Positions 10,062 to 18,709 of a stretch of DNA of 64,000 nt are shown piece by piece; within the stretch, counting starts at the first letter, position 1; each line of letters begins with the position of its first letter. The translations under genes and the position numbers were made by a program. Source of the stretch: an uncultured Alphaproteobacteria bacterium (GTDB lineage Bacteria; Pseudomonadota; Alphaproteobacteria; Rs-D84); assembly GCA_947175875.1 (NCBI GenBank), contig CAMWON010000005.1, positions 4,893 through 68,892 of the forward strand, in the 5' to 3' direction. The notes beneath the pieces were generated by a model that made no database searches, was not told the origin of the DNA, and saw only the letters and a program-made list of their open reading frames with translations.

Positions 10062-10604
10062 ATGTCGTTAGAAGAATTGAAACCGGGCAAGCTGCCGCCG
10101 AAAAAGATGACCGCGATTATCGAGGTTCCGGAAAACGGTTATGTAAAATATGAAATTGACAAAGAAACGGGCCTGTTGCGTGTGGACCGTATTCTGCACA
10201 CGCCGGTTGCGTATCCTGCGAACTATGGCTATTTCCCGGGAACGCTGGGCGATGACGGCGACCCGTTGGACTGTGTTGTTGTCTGCAATGCGCCGCTGCG
10301 TCCGGGTGTTATGATTGACGTTCATCCGATTGGCGCGCTGCTGATGGAAGACCAGGCGGGCGGTGACGAAAAAATTATATGCGTTCCGCGCGACCGTATC
10401 GACCCTTACTATGAAAATGTTTCGTATTTGGAAGAGCTGCCGAAAATCTTGTTGCACAAGATTGAATATTTCTTTCAGCATTACAAAGATTTGGAACCAA
10501 ACGCATGGTCGCGTATTTCCGGATGGGCGGACCGTGATGCAACAGATAAAATCATCATGGATTCTATCGAAAGATATAACAACAAAATGCATTCCGCAAA
10601 ATAA
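10062..10604 (+). CDS. ppa: Inorganic pyrophosphatase (family I)
   Basis: KYEIDK, YPANYG, DGDPLD, FFQHYKDLE. Confidence 0.96.
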   Translation: MSLEELKPGKLPPKKMTAIIEVPENGYVKYEIDKETGLLRVDRILHTPVAYPANYGYFPGTLGDDGDPLDCVVVCNAPLRPGVMIDVHPIGALLMEDQAGGDEKIICVPRDRIDPYYENVSYLEELPKILLHKIEYFFQHYKDLEPNAWSRISGWADRDATDKIIMDSIERYNNKMHSAK

Positions 10605-10616
10605 AGAGGTACAAAC

Positions 10617-11186
10617 ATGGCATCATATGTTGCAAATGACATGCGTGTGGGCTGGGTTATTTCCCATAACGGGCGTCGCTATTCCGTCACATCAATCACA
10701 AAGGTAAAGCCGGGCAAGGGCGGTGCGTTTGTTCAGGCTGATTTGCGTGATATCGATTCCGGCAACAAGGGCGGCGACCGTTGGCGCAGTGAGGACAAGG
10801 TCGAAAAGTTGATGGTTGAAGATTTCGACTGCCAGTATCTGTATGCGGACGGAACTGACGCGTTCTTTATGAACTTGTCGGATTACGAGCAGTTTACGAT
10901 GCCGGTTGATTCCTTGGGGGATATGATGAAGTTCTTGGCGCCGGAAATGACGGTAAAGGCGAACTTTGTCGAAGGGCACCCGGTGTCAATCTCGCTGCCA
11001 AAAACGGTTATCGCAACGGTTGAAGAAACCGAACCGGCGCTGAAAGGTCAGACGGCATCATCCAGTGGTGGCAAGCCGGCCGTTCTTGACAATGGTGTTC
11101 GTGTTCAGGTTCCGCTGTTTGTAAATGCCGGCGAAAAAATCGTCGTAAACACGGAAACGTTGGAATACGTTGAACGCGCGAAATAA
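10617..11186 (+). CDS. efp: Elongation factor P
   Basis: KPGKGGAFVQ, KPAVLDNG..VQVPLFV. Confidence 0.96.
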   Translation: MASYVANDMRVGWVISHNGRRYSVTSITKVKPGKGGAFVQADLRDIDSGNKGGDRWRSEDKVEKLMVEDFDCQYLYADGTDAFFMNLSDYEQFTMPVDSLGDMMKFLAPEMTVKANFVEGHPVSISLPKTVIATVEETEPALKGQTASSSGGKPAVLDNGVRVQVPLFVNAGEKIVVNTETLEYVERAK

Positions 11187-11211
11187 TAAAAAATTATTGA
11201 ATGGGTTAATT

Positions 11212-11243
11212 AAAAATCCCCGGCGGGCGCCGGGGATTTTTTT
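11212..11243 (+). terminator. Intrinsic terminator of ppa-efp
   Basis: AAAATCCCCGGCG-gg-CGCCGGGGATTTT. Confidence 0.85.
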
Positions 11244-11287
11244 AATAAATAGATATTTGCATTTATATAAAATTTTGATTTAATAAT

Positions 11288-11485
11288 GTCTGAGCGGGGG
11301 CTTTCCCTGCTCGGGGTGTCGAAACCCGGAATACTGCGTTCAAACAAGAACGATAAAAAATTACTCCAACGGATTTATCCGGTTGGAGGGCTGTGAATAA
11401 TGCGCATTTGTTGCGCACCAATAAGCACACTATACAGTATTATAGTTTCGAACCTCCAACCGCCTGAATTTTTTCAGCGGTTTTT
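11288..11485 (+). ncRNA. C4/CI-like antisense-RNA leader, copy A1
   Basis: Targets TCGAAAC (11319-25) and AATACTG (11330-36); complements CAGTATT (11435-41) and GTTTCGA (11445-51) lie inside the outer stem 11380-89/11453-62; terminator ends at 11485. Confidence 0.8.
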
Positions 11486-11512
11486 CAATTCGCGAAAAAA
11501 AGGAGGATTTGA

Positions 11513-11992
11513 ATGAAAACAATCATAATCAGCGGCCTGTCAGTCATCGCCGCGTTCACACAGGCGCATGCCGAATACAATTGTTGTGGAAAATGCCCGT
11601 ACGGCACCAGCGCATCCGTATGCACGGAAAACTGTTGTCACGCAAAATACGGCGTAATAGGGGGACAAACAAGATACAGCGACCCGGACAATAACGGCGT
11701 AATCACCATAACAAAATACACCGACACAGTTACATGCGCCACCAGCGCCAGTGGCTCAAATTTTGTCAGATGCGGCGTGCAAAATTCTTACATCTGCGCC
11801 CAGGGCTATTACGGCTCACCAACACTGCTTAACAAAACTTGCACAAAATGTCCGTCATCCGGCGGCGTCGCCGGAACAACAACCGGCACCGGCGCAACGA
11901 AAATAACGGAATGTTATATCCCGGCGGGCACTGCATTTTCAGACACCACCGGCGCCGGCACATATTCGGAAAACTGTTATTACAGCGAATAA
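11513..11992 (+). CDS. Secreted Cys-rich protein (family with conserved GYYG..CxxCP..CY..SDxTG..CYY C-terminus)
   Basis: AAGGAGG RBS, Sec signal peptide (AHA|EY), conserved tail shared with 4 other ORFs in the window. Confidence 0.85.
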   Translation: MKTIIISGLSVIAAFTQAHAEYNCCGKCPYGTSASVCTENCCHAKYGVIGGQTRYSDPDNNGVITITKYTDTVTCATSASGSNFVRCGVQNSYICAQGYYGSPTLLNKTCTKCPSSGGVAGTTTGTGATKITECYIPAGTAFSDTTGAGTYSENCYYSE

Positions 11993-12018
11993 AAAATCCC
12001 CCGTGTGGGGGATTTTTT
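11991..12018. terminator. Bidirectional terminator
   Basis: A6-TCCCCC-gtgt-GGGGGA-T6 between convergent genes. Confidence 0.8.
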
Positions 12019-12019
12019 A

Positions 12020-12967
12020 TTAGTTCAACTTGTTGTCGCTGCCCATTATATTTTTTATTTCGTCGATACAGTTTTCAACAATTAACTTGCGTCCGGCGCC
12101 CAGATAGTCGCGCGGGTTAAAGCCGGCGGGCTTTTCAGCCAGGTTCCGGCGAATGCCGGCGGTAAAGGCAAGTCTGGAATCGCTGTCGACGTTAATTTTA
12201 CAGATGTTCATTTCGGTTGCCATGCGCAATTGCGTCGGGTCAATACCGCGTGCGCCGGCAATATCGCCGCCAAATTCGTTGATGGTTTTTACGAAATGCT
12301 GGGGGATGGATGATGCGCCGTGCAGAACCAGCGGGAAGTTCGGCAGCTTATCCGCAATTTCGGCCAATATGTCAAAGCGCAGTTTTTCATCGTCCGATTT
12401 GCGTTTGTATGCGCCGTGGCTGGTGCCGATTGCAATCGCCAAAGAATCGCATCCTGTCTGTTCAACAAATTTAATCACGTCCGCCGGGTCGGTATAGCTG
12501 GATGTTTCACTGTGCGTGTTTTCATCTTCGATACCGGCCAGGGTGCCCAGTTCCGCCTCAACCGATACGTCGTGCGCGTGTGCCAATTCGGCAACGCGGC
12601 GGGCCAGAGCTACGTTTTCTTCGAACGGCAGTTTGCTGCCGTCAATCATTACGGATGAAAAGCCCAGCTCTATCGCATGGGCACAGGCCTCAAAGCTGCC
12701 GCCGTGGTCCAGGTGTAGTGCGACGCCGCTTTCTGGTGTAAATTTTTTACCCCAAATCATACCCATTAACAAATCGTCGCCCATGTATTTCATGGCCGAT
12801 TCCGACACGGCCAGGATTACCGGGCTGTGTGTGGTGCGTGCCGCCTCCAATATGGCGGACAGCGTTTCCATATTATAGAAATTAAAAGCCGGGACCGCGT
12901 ATTTGCGCGCAATTGCGTCCGCAAACATGGCGCGGGTGTTGACCAGGCCAAAATCTTTGTAATTCAT
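12020..12967 (-). CDS. fba: Fructose-bisphosphate aldolase class II
   Basis: AVPAFN, ALHLDHG, SVMIDGS, AIGTSHGAYK, LVLHGAS, KINVDSD; start after AGGAAAGG. Confidence 0.93.
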   Translation of the reverse strand: MNYKDFGLVNTRAMFADAIARKYAVPAFNFYNMETLSAILEAARTTHSPVILAVSESAMKYMGDDLLMGMIWGKKFTPESGVALHLDHGGSFEACAHAIELGFSSVMIDGSKLPFEENVALARRVAELAHAHDVSVEAELGTLAGIEDENTHSETSSYTDPADVIKFVEQTGCDSLAIAIGTSHGAYKRKSDDEKLRFDILAEIADKLPNFPLVLHGASSIPQHFVKTINEFGGDIAGARGIDPTQLRMATEMNICKINVDSDSRLAFTAGIRRNLAEKPAGFNPRDYLGAGRKLIVENCIDEIKNIMGSDNKLN

Positions 12968-13119
12968 TACCTTTCCTTTTTTAGTACGTGCTAAAAAGTA
13001 TAGCACATTTTATTTTATGTGTACATTTTTGTTTGGGTGTTGACAATGTTGGGTTTTGTGCAATAATAAAAACAACGAATCGGAGTTCAGAGAGAGCGGC
13101 TTTGAAAAAGGACAAAGGT

Positions 13120-13497
13120 ATGAAGAAAGTTCTGGTTTCTGTTATTGCGCTGGCGGGTCTGGCCGGTTGTGCGTCTTATTATGATTATTATCGCGGCGAC
13201 GTTCGCTATACCCAGGATGGCGAAGACTGCATTTATTACACCGGCGAAGCGGGCAATCATTTCAACGGCGAAATTCGCACGCTGAATACGGGCAAGAAAA
13301 TCGTTTATCGCAACACGCGCTGCGCGGATTTGTACAATCGCGACATGACGGGCCAGGCCCCGCGCGCCGACCGCGTTATCATGGCGCCGGCCGCCCAGGT
13401 CGTATCGTACAGCGCGCCGGTAACATATGCGGCGCCGCGTTGCAATGCGTGCCAGACAAACGTATCTCGTAAATATGTTTTGGTTTCCGCAATGTAA
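13120..13497 (+). CDS. Hypothetical lipoprotein
   Basis: MKKVLVSVIALAGLAG|C lipobox. Confidence 0.75.
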   Translation: MKKVLVSVIALAGLAGCASYYDYYRGDVRYTQDGEDCIYYTGEAGNHFNGEIRTLNTGKKIVYRNTRCADLYNRDMTGQAPRADRVIMAPAAQVVSYSAPVTYAAPRCNACQTNVSRKYVLVSAM

Positions 13498-13608
13498 TAT
13501 TGTGACGGATTGGGAACGGGTGCCGTGGGCGCCCGTTTTTTATTTTGAATTGTGCGGGATTTGTGATAAAATTACAACCGTAAGTAGAATAATTGAAAGG
13601 GGAACCTG

Positions 13609-13953
13609 ATGAAAAAAATAATGACCAAATTGAATTTTGCGATAATTGCGGCGATGGCTGCGACGCCTGCGATGGCGGCGCCGAGTACGAACGGTCTGTG
13701 TCAGTTGATTCAGCAGATGCAGGGTGTGTTCAATATTCTGCGTACACTGGCGTTTGTCGGTGCGGCGTTTGTTATTGCCGGTTGGGCTTGGGGTTATATC
13801 TCTAAGGGCGAAGTTAAAATGGACGACTTGCAGAAAAAAGGTACCGGTATGCTGGTTGGGTTTATCCTGCTGTTCGGTATTGGTGTTGTTCTGACGTTCT
13901 TTATGTCGCAGGGCGGCCAGGGCGTACTGGGTTGTGCGATTCAGGGTTGGTAA
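13609..13953 (+). CDS. TrbC/VirB2-like pilin
   Basis: Signal peptide (PAMA|A) followed by two hydrophobic helices; 114 aa. Confidence 0.6.
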   Translation: MKKIMTKLNFAIIAAMAATPAMAAPSTNGLCQLIQQMQGVFNILRTLAFVGAAFVIAGWAWGYISKGEVKMDDLQKKGTGMLVGFILLFGIGVVLTFFMSQGGQGVLGCAIQGW

Positions 13954-14014
13954 TTCTTTTGGATATCCGATTAAAAAAAGTGCCCCGCAAATGCGGGGTG
14001 TTTTTTATTTGATT

Positions 14015-14245
14015 TTATTTCTTTTCTTCGATGTTTGCCAAAGAAAAAAGCACCGATGAAATCAGAGACTGATAGGGGACGTGCTGGGTCTCGGCCAGTT
14101 CTTTTATCTTGTCCAGTATCGGGCGCGGTATTCGCATGTTTATGACGCAATCGGATTTGTTAAAGGTCTTGTAGGCCGCGTACTCCTTTAACAGAGTTTC
14201 CATATTCATAACAAATAGCTGTTGCATAACATTTGGCATAGGCAA
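14015..14245 (-). CDS. CopG/BrnA-like ribbon-helix-helix antitoxin
   Basis: INMRIPRPILDKIKELAETQHVPYQSLISSVL; TTGACA..TATAGT promoter upstream on the minus strand. Confidence 0.65.
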   Translation of the reverse strand: MPMPNVMQQLFVMNMETLLKEYAAYKTFNKSDCVINMRIPRPILDKIKELAETQHVPYQSLISSVLFSLANIEEKK

Positions 14246-14475
14246 TCCTCTATACGGCGGACAATACCGACGTCTTTACAAGTGACTATAACAATGTATT
14301 GGCGAATGTCAATACAAATGTAAATGCGGCTGTAATCACGGGTGTAATGGCGGCGGTATTGCTGTTTGTGTTGATTGGTGTATATGGGGATTTTAAAGGC
14401 GGGCGCGCTTGCTTTTTTTATATGATACGGATAAAATTAGTGCGATATGGTTTTATAAGGAAACAGGGGAATATT

Positions 14476-15792
14476 ATGCTGAAAAAAATTTTATTCGCAT
14501 GCGCGATTTTTGTCGGCGCGGTATCCGCATCGCAGGCCGAGTTAAAGGTTGATATTGTTGCCGGGGCCGCGTCGCCGATTCCGATTGCGGTTCAAAAGTT
14601 TGAGGTTGCCGGCAACGCCAGCACAAAAGACGCCGCCATGATACGCGAGGTGGTGGAAAAGGATTTAAAATCAACGGGGCTGTTCCGTATCGTAAATCAT
14701 GACGCGTTTCCTGAGCATGTAAAGATGGGCGAAATGCCGAACTTTAAATCGTGGGCGGCGATAAAGGCACAGGTTCTGGTTCAGGCAAAACTGGACATGG
14801 AAAACGGCAAGTATAGGCTGGAATTCTATATGTGGGATATTAACGGCAAGGAACAGATAGAGGCGCAAAGTCTGGTTGCGTCCAAAAAGTCCGCGCGTCG
14901 CATGGCGCATATAATGGCGGACGCAATATACGAACGTTTAACGGGCGAGGTTGGATATTTCGACACCCAGATAGTGTTTATCGCCGAGACCGGGCCGCTG
15001 AAAAAACGCGTAAAGCGCATGGCCATCATGGACCAGGACGGATATGGAATGCGTTATTTGTCCGACGACAAGACCTTTGTAATGTCGCCGCATTTTTCGC
15101 CGAACATGCAGACGGTTGTGTTTTTGTCATATCGTGACGACGATCCGATGGTCTGGACGCTGGATTTGGATACGGGGGCGGCGCGTCGTCTGGGGCAGTT
15201 CGGCGGCATGAACTTTGCTCCGCGTTTTTCGCCCGACGGCACCAAGATTGCGCTGTCGCTGGTTAAAAACGGCATTACGCACATATATGAATATGATATA
15301 GAGGCCAAGACGTTGCGTCAGTTGACGTTTGGCAATTCGCTGAATACCAGTCCGTCTTATTCGCCGGACGGGAAAAAATTGGCGTTTAATTCCGACCGTT
15401 CGGGGCGCCAGCAGATTCATGTTCTGGATTTGGAAACGTTAACCGAAGAGCGTATAACATACGGCAACGGCCGATATGCCACGCCGGCATGGTCGCCCGA
15501 CGGCCAGTTTATCGCCTTTACAAAAATGGCGGACGACACGTTCTTTATCGGTATTATGAATCCGCGCGGCCGCAATGAAAAGATTCTGGCGGGCGGCTGG
15601 TTTATGGAGGCACCGTCATGGGCGCCGGGCAGTCGTCGTCTGGTCTATTACGAGACGGAAAAGGCAATCGACGGTCTGGAGCGCATCAGCCATATCCGCA
15701 GTGTCGATATCACCGGACAAAACATATATGACATAGAGCTGCCGGATGATGTAAATGGTCTGGAGCCGACGTGGTCGCCGAAACTGCCGTAA
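14476..15792 (+). CDS. tolB: Tol-Pal system beta-propeller protein
   Basis: Signal peptide, AHIMADAIYERLTGE.GYFDTQI, repeated P.F/WSPDG blades. Confidence 0.95.
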   Translation: MLKKILFACAIFVGAVSASQAELKVDIVAGAASPIPIAVQKFEVAGNASTKDAAMIREVVEKDLKSTGLFRIVNHDAFPEHVKMGEMPNFKSWAAIKAQVLVQAKLDMENGKYRLEFYMWDINGKEQIEAQSLVASKKSARRMAHIMADAIYERLTGEVGYFDTQIVFIAETGPLKKRVKRMAIMDQDGYGMRYLSDDKTFVMSPHFSPNMQTVVFLSYRDDDPMVWTLDLDTGAARRLGQFGGMNFAPRFSPDGTKIALSLVKNGITHIYEYDIEAKTLRQLTFGNSLNTSPSYSPDGKKLAFNSDRSGRQQIHVLDLETLTEERITYGNGRYATPAWSPDGQFIAFTKMADDTFFIGIMNPRGRNEKILAGGWFMEAPSWAPGSRRLVYYETEKAIDGLERISHIRSVDITGQNIYDIELPDDVNGLEPTWSPKLP

Positions 15793-15793
15793 G

Positions 15794-16204
15794 ATGAAGA
15801 AAATCGTATCTGTGTTGTTTGCATTGCTGTTGCCGGTTGCGGCCCGTGCCACGCCGGCAACAGTTGATTATATATTTGACGGCGACACGTTTGCGGCGTA
15901 TGTAAACCTTGAAGACGATATCAGTATTTCCGTCCGTGTCAGGCTGATGAATGTTGATACGCCGGAAATTCACGGGGAATGTGATTCTGAAATCAGGGCG
16001 GCATTACGTGCGAAGGAACGCCTGGCGGAGCTGATTCCGGTCGGCAGTGTGGTCGAGCTTAGCAAAATCAAAGACGACAAATATCTGGGCCGAATTGACG
16101 CATATGTAAAGACCGCCGACGGGCGCGACGTCGGAACGGTACTGATTTCCGAAAAGCTGGGGCGGCCGTATTCCGGTGGGCGTCGTGCCGGCTGGTGCGA
16201 TTAA
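15794..16204 (+). CDS. Secreted thermonuclease (SNase) family protein
   Basis: DGDTF, VRLMNVDTPE, DKYLGRIDAYV. Confidence 0.88.
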   Translation: MKKIVSVLFALLLPVAARATPATVDYIFDGDTFAAYVNLEDDISISVRVRLMNVDTPEIHGECDSEIRAALRAKERLAELIPVGSVVELSKIKDDKYLGRIDAYVKTADGRDVGTVLISEKLGRPYSGGRRAGWCD

Positions 16205-16226
16205 AAAACGCCCGTGCGGGCGTTTT

Positions 16227-16367
16227 TTAGTTTGAATAATAGCATTTGTCGGAATAGGTTCCGCTGCCGGTGGAATCGCTGAATGTCGGTCCCGACGGCA
16301 GATAACATGACGTTATGGACGTTGCGCTGGCCACGCCGATAATGGCGGCGGTTAATAATTTTTTCAT
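16227..16367 (-). CDS. 46-aa internally deleted member of the Cys-rich family (absent from the ORF track)
   Basis: AAGGAGG RBS, then MKKLLTAAIIGVASATSITSCYLPSGPTFSDSTGSGTYSDKCYYSN*. Confidence 0.75.
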   Translation of the reverse strand: MKKLLTAAIIGVASATSITSCYLPSGPTFSDSTGSGTYSDKCYYSN

Positions 16368-16393
16368 TCAAACCTCCTTTTTTCAAAAGAATG

Positions 16394-16572
16394 AAAAAAC
16401 CGCTGAAAAATTCAGGCGGTTGGAGGCTTGAAACTATCTTATAAATAGCGGGCTTATTCAAAATATTCGCCACCCTCCAACCAGTTTTAGATTGGAGATA
16501 CACATGCATGCTATCGCGATGCATCGCGTTATAAGAGAGGTTTCAAGTCCTCATTCGGGGAATGCCCCCGAA
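16394..16572 (-). ncRNA. C4/CI-like antisense-RNA leader, copy A2
   Basis: Sense targets CTTGAAAC (16540-47) and TCTTATAA (16529-36); complements at 16427-34 and 16437-44; outer stem 16474-82/16418-26; terminator 16394-16421; TTTACA-17-TAGACT promoter at 16608-16580. Confidence 0.8.
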
Positions 16573-16646
16573 CAATAAAAGTCTAGTATAAAAAGATTTG
16601 TGTGTAAAATAAAAAATCCGCCGTGCGGCGGATTTTGTTCGTGCGA

Positions 16647-17354
16647 TTATGCGCTGTGCTCGTTTATTGCATCGCGGATTTCATCCAGCGACGCGTTACA
16701 GGGTAACAGTGGCTCAAAGTACACATTCGCCGTACCGGGGCGCATTTTTCCGCGCTTTGGCCAATATACGCCGGCATCCGTGCCGACCGGCATAATCGGC
16801 AGCTTTAACTGGTGTGCCAGATACAGCAAGCCGCGCTTTAACGCCGGGCGCGCACCTGGTTTTACGCGTGTCCCCTCGGGGAATATGACCAAAACTTGGC
16901 CGTTCATGATTTTTTTTGCGACCGCGTTAGCTAATTTGTTCATGTTTGTTTTTCCGCGGGTGCGGTTTACAGGCTGCAGACCCATGCGCCAGAAAGCCCA
17001 TCCGTAAATAGGAATCCACAACAGTTCGCGCTTGATTATAAAAAACGACTTTGGAATGTTTGTCGCCAAAATTGCGATTTCCAATATGGACATGTGTTTG
17101 GCCGCGATAATGGCTTTGCCGTCCAGGCGCAGGTTTTCATTCGGCTTTACCGGAACGCCGTTTTCCTCGGTCAGCGGATAATGAATTTTATAGCGGATGC
17201 CGGCAATCCAGCGCGCAAGAACCAATACGCCGCGTGCGTCGGTTATAACAAAGAAATCGTTCACGCGCTTGTTCAACAGGCCAACCAGTAGAAACGGCGC
17301 CCACAGTACAAAGTATATTGCCAAAATTATTTTGAATATAATTGTGCGAAGCAT
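16647..17354 (-). CDS. plsC: 1-acyl-sn-glycerol-3-phosphate acyltransferase
   Basis: AKHMSILE, IFPEGTR; follows ftsEX-ydcF as in Alphaproteobacteria. Confidence 0.85.
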   Translation of the reverse strand: MLRTIIFKIILAIYFVLWAPFLLVGLLNKRVNDFFVITDARGVLVLARWIAGIRYKIHYPLTEENGVPVKPNENLRLDGKAIIAAKHMSILEIAILATNIPKSFFIIKRELLWIPIYGWAFWRMGLQPVNRTRGKTNMNKLANAVAKKIMNGQVLVIFPEGTRVKPGARPALKRGLLYLAHQLKLPIMPVGTDAGVYWPKRGKMRPGTANVYFEPLLPCNASLDEIRDAINEHSA

Positions 17355-17360
17355 GTTAAT

Positions 17361-17870
17361 TTATCCTTCCTTTATTCCGAACATTGTGACGATGTATTTT
17401 ATATATTCCGTGGCCCAGCGTTCAAGTCTTTTTGTCGCAGGCATGTCAATCAGGCGTACCGGGCATGCGACAACCTCTGTTTCCGGCAGTTCTTTGCGGA
17501 TAAGATATTGCGCGCGGTTCATATGATCTTCGGTTGTGACGACGACAATTCTGTCCAGTCCTGTTTTTTGAACGATGTCGCGTATAGCAAGCGCATTCTG
17601 ATACGTTGATTTCGAATCGGATTCGACCGTCACTTTTTTCGCCATTTCAAAAGAGCCCATGCCGCCGGCGCCGATAATGTACAGGTCGGCGTCGGGGTAT
17701 TTGCGCATCTGGCGCATGGCGAACGGTATGCGGCGGGCGTCGCCGGTTAATACAAATATGCTGTCGTCCGGCAGGATTGTTCCGCATACGCTTGGCGTCA
17801 TTGATTTGAACATCATGCCGCCCATGATGAATAAAGCAAATGCCAGAAAAGAGGGCGTGAAAAATTTCAT
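17361..17870 (-). CDS. YdcF/DUF218 family protein
   Basis: IFVLTGDARRI, SKSTYQNA, VTTEDHMNRA, EYIKY. Confidence 0.82.
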   Translation of the reverse strand: MKFFTPSFLAFALFIMGGMMFKSMTPSVCGTILPDDSIFVLTGDARRIPFAMRQMRKYPDADLYIIGAGGMGSFEMAKKVTVESDSKSTYQNALAIRDIVQKTGLDRIVVVTTEDHMNRAQYLIRKELPETEVVACPVRLIDMPATKRLERWATEYIKYIVTMFGIKEG

Positions 17871-18709
17871 CAGTTGTTTTTAAGAATTTTCAGTGTGGTC
17901 CGGCCGGTTATCCATATGGCGAATATGCTGATTGTGACGGGCAGTGCCGCTAAGCCCAGCCATGCCGTGCCATTTAACGCCATCATCGCCATTAAGCCCA
18001 CGCGCGTGGTGTGCGCCGCCGACAGTATCAGCAACAGTACCGGCGCCGCGGCGACAAATCCGGCGGCGGCGGCCGTGATTGAAATCTTGCCGACGATAAT
18101 CTGCATCTGGCGTGCGACAAAGCTGTCTCGTGCGCCGACCTGGTTTAATATCTCCAGCTCGCGCCGGTGCAGCATGGCCGTGTTGCGTGCGATAAACGAT
18201 ATGCATACGCCAATCGCCCCCAGTGCCATCGACAGAATCAATGCGGCAATCGCAATCATGCGCCATCCGGCCCCCGTTGCCGGGGCCAGGGCCGCCGAAT
18301 GGGACAGAAATCGCGCGTTGCCCGCAAATTTGTCGGCCAGTCCCTGCATGTCGGATTTTTTGTTTAACTTTATTTCATACATTTCCGGCAGATAGTTTTT
18401 CATTGCCGCCGCTCCGCCGGATACCCATGGGCGCATCAGTTCCGACATTTCGTCGGCGGATACTTTTTTTACGGATGCGATTTTGTCCTTGTTCGCGTCC
18501 AGTATTTTTTCCGCCGCCGCGGCGTTCTGGCCCGGCATTATCTGAACGGTCGCCATTAAATCCCACTGTGTGTTCCAGCGCGCGACGCCCGTTCCGATGG
18601 CAATCGCCACACCCAGCGCGATTACGGATAAAAATGTCAGCAACGCCATGATGACCGTCATAAAGACGGACTGTTCGCGGACAAGAGAAAATACAACCGG
18701 TGTTTTCAT
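17870..18709 (-). CDS. ftsX: Cell division permease FtsX
   Basis: 4-TM pattern, HRRELEILNQVGARDSFVARQ; follows ftsE. Confidence 0.88.
   Translation of the reverse strand: MKTPVVFSLVREQSVFMTVIMALLTFLSVIALGVAIAIGTGVARWNTQWDLMATVQIMPGQNAAAAEKILDANKDKIASVKKVSADEMSELMRPWVSGGAAAMKNYLPEMYEIKLNKKSDMQGLADKFAGNARFLSHSAALAPATGAGWRMIAIAALILSMALGAIGVCISFIARNTAMLHRRELEILNQVGARDSFVARQMQIIVGKISITAAAAGFVAAAPVLLLILSAAHTTRVGLMAMMALNGTAWLGLAALPVTISIFAIWITGRTTLKILKNN

Noticed and set aside
11288-11485. Leaders as metabolite riboswitches (e.g. c-di-AMP/ydaO, given cdaA) or T-boxes
   Set aside because: No conserved ligand-binding or T-box consensus is seen. Loop sequences differ between copies and co-vary with upstream sites, which fits antisense pairing instead.
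11486-11506. Possible second downstream b site next to the RBS (CGAAA in A1, TTGAAA in A2)
   Set aside because: Only 5-6 nt in A-rich sequence, and not evident in B1, B2 or C; too weak to claim
16201-16524. 107-aa ORF from the ORF track
   Set aside because: It runs through the RNA leader in a different frame; the RBS-supported gene is 16227-16367
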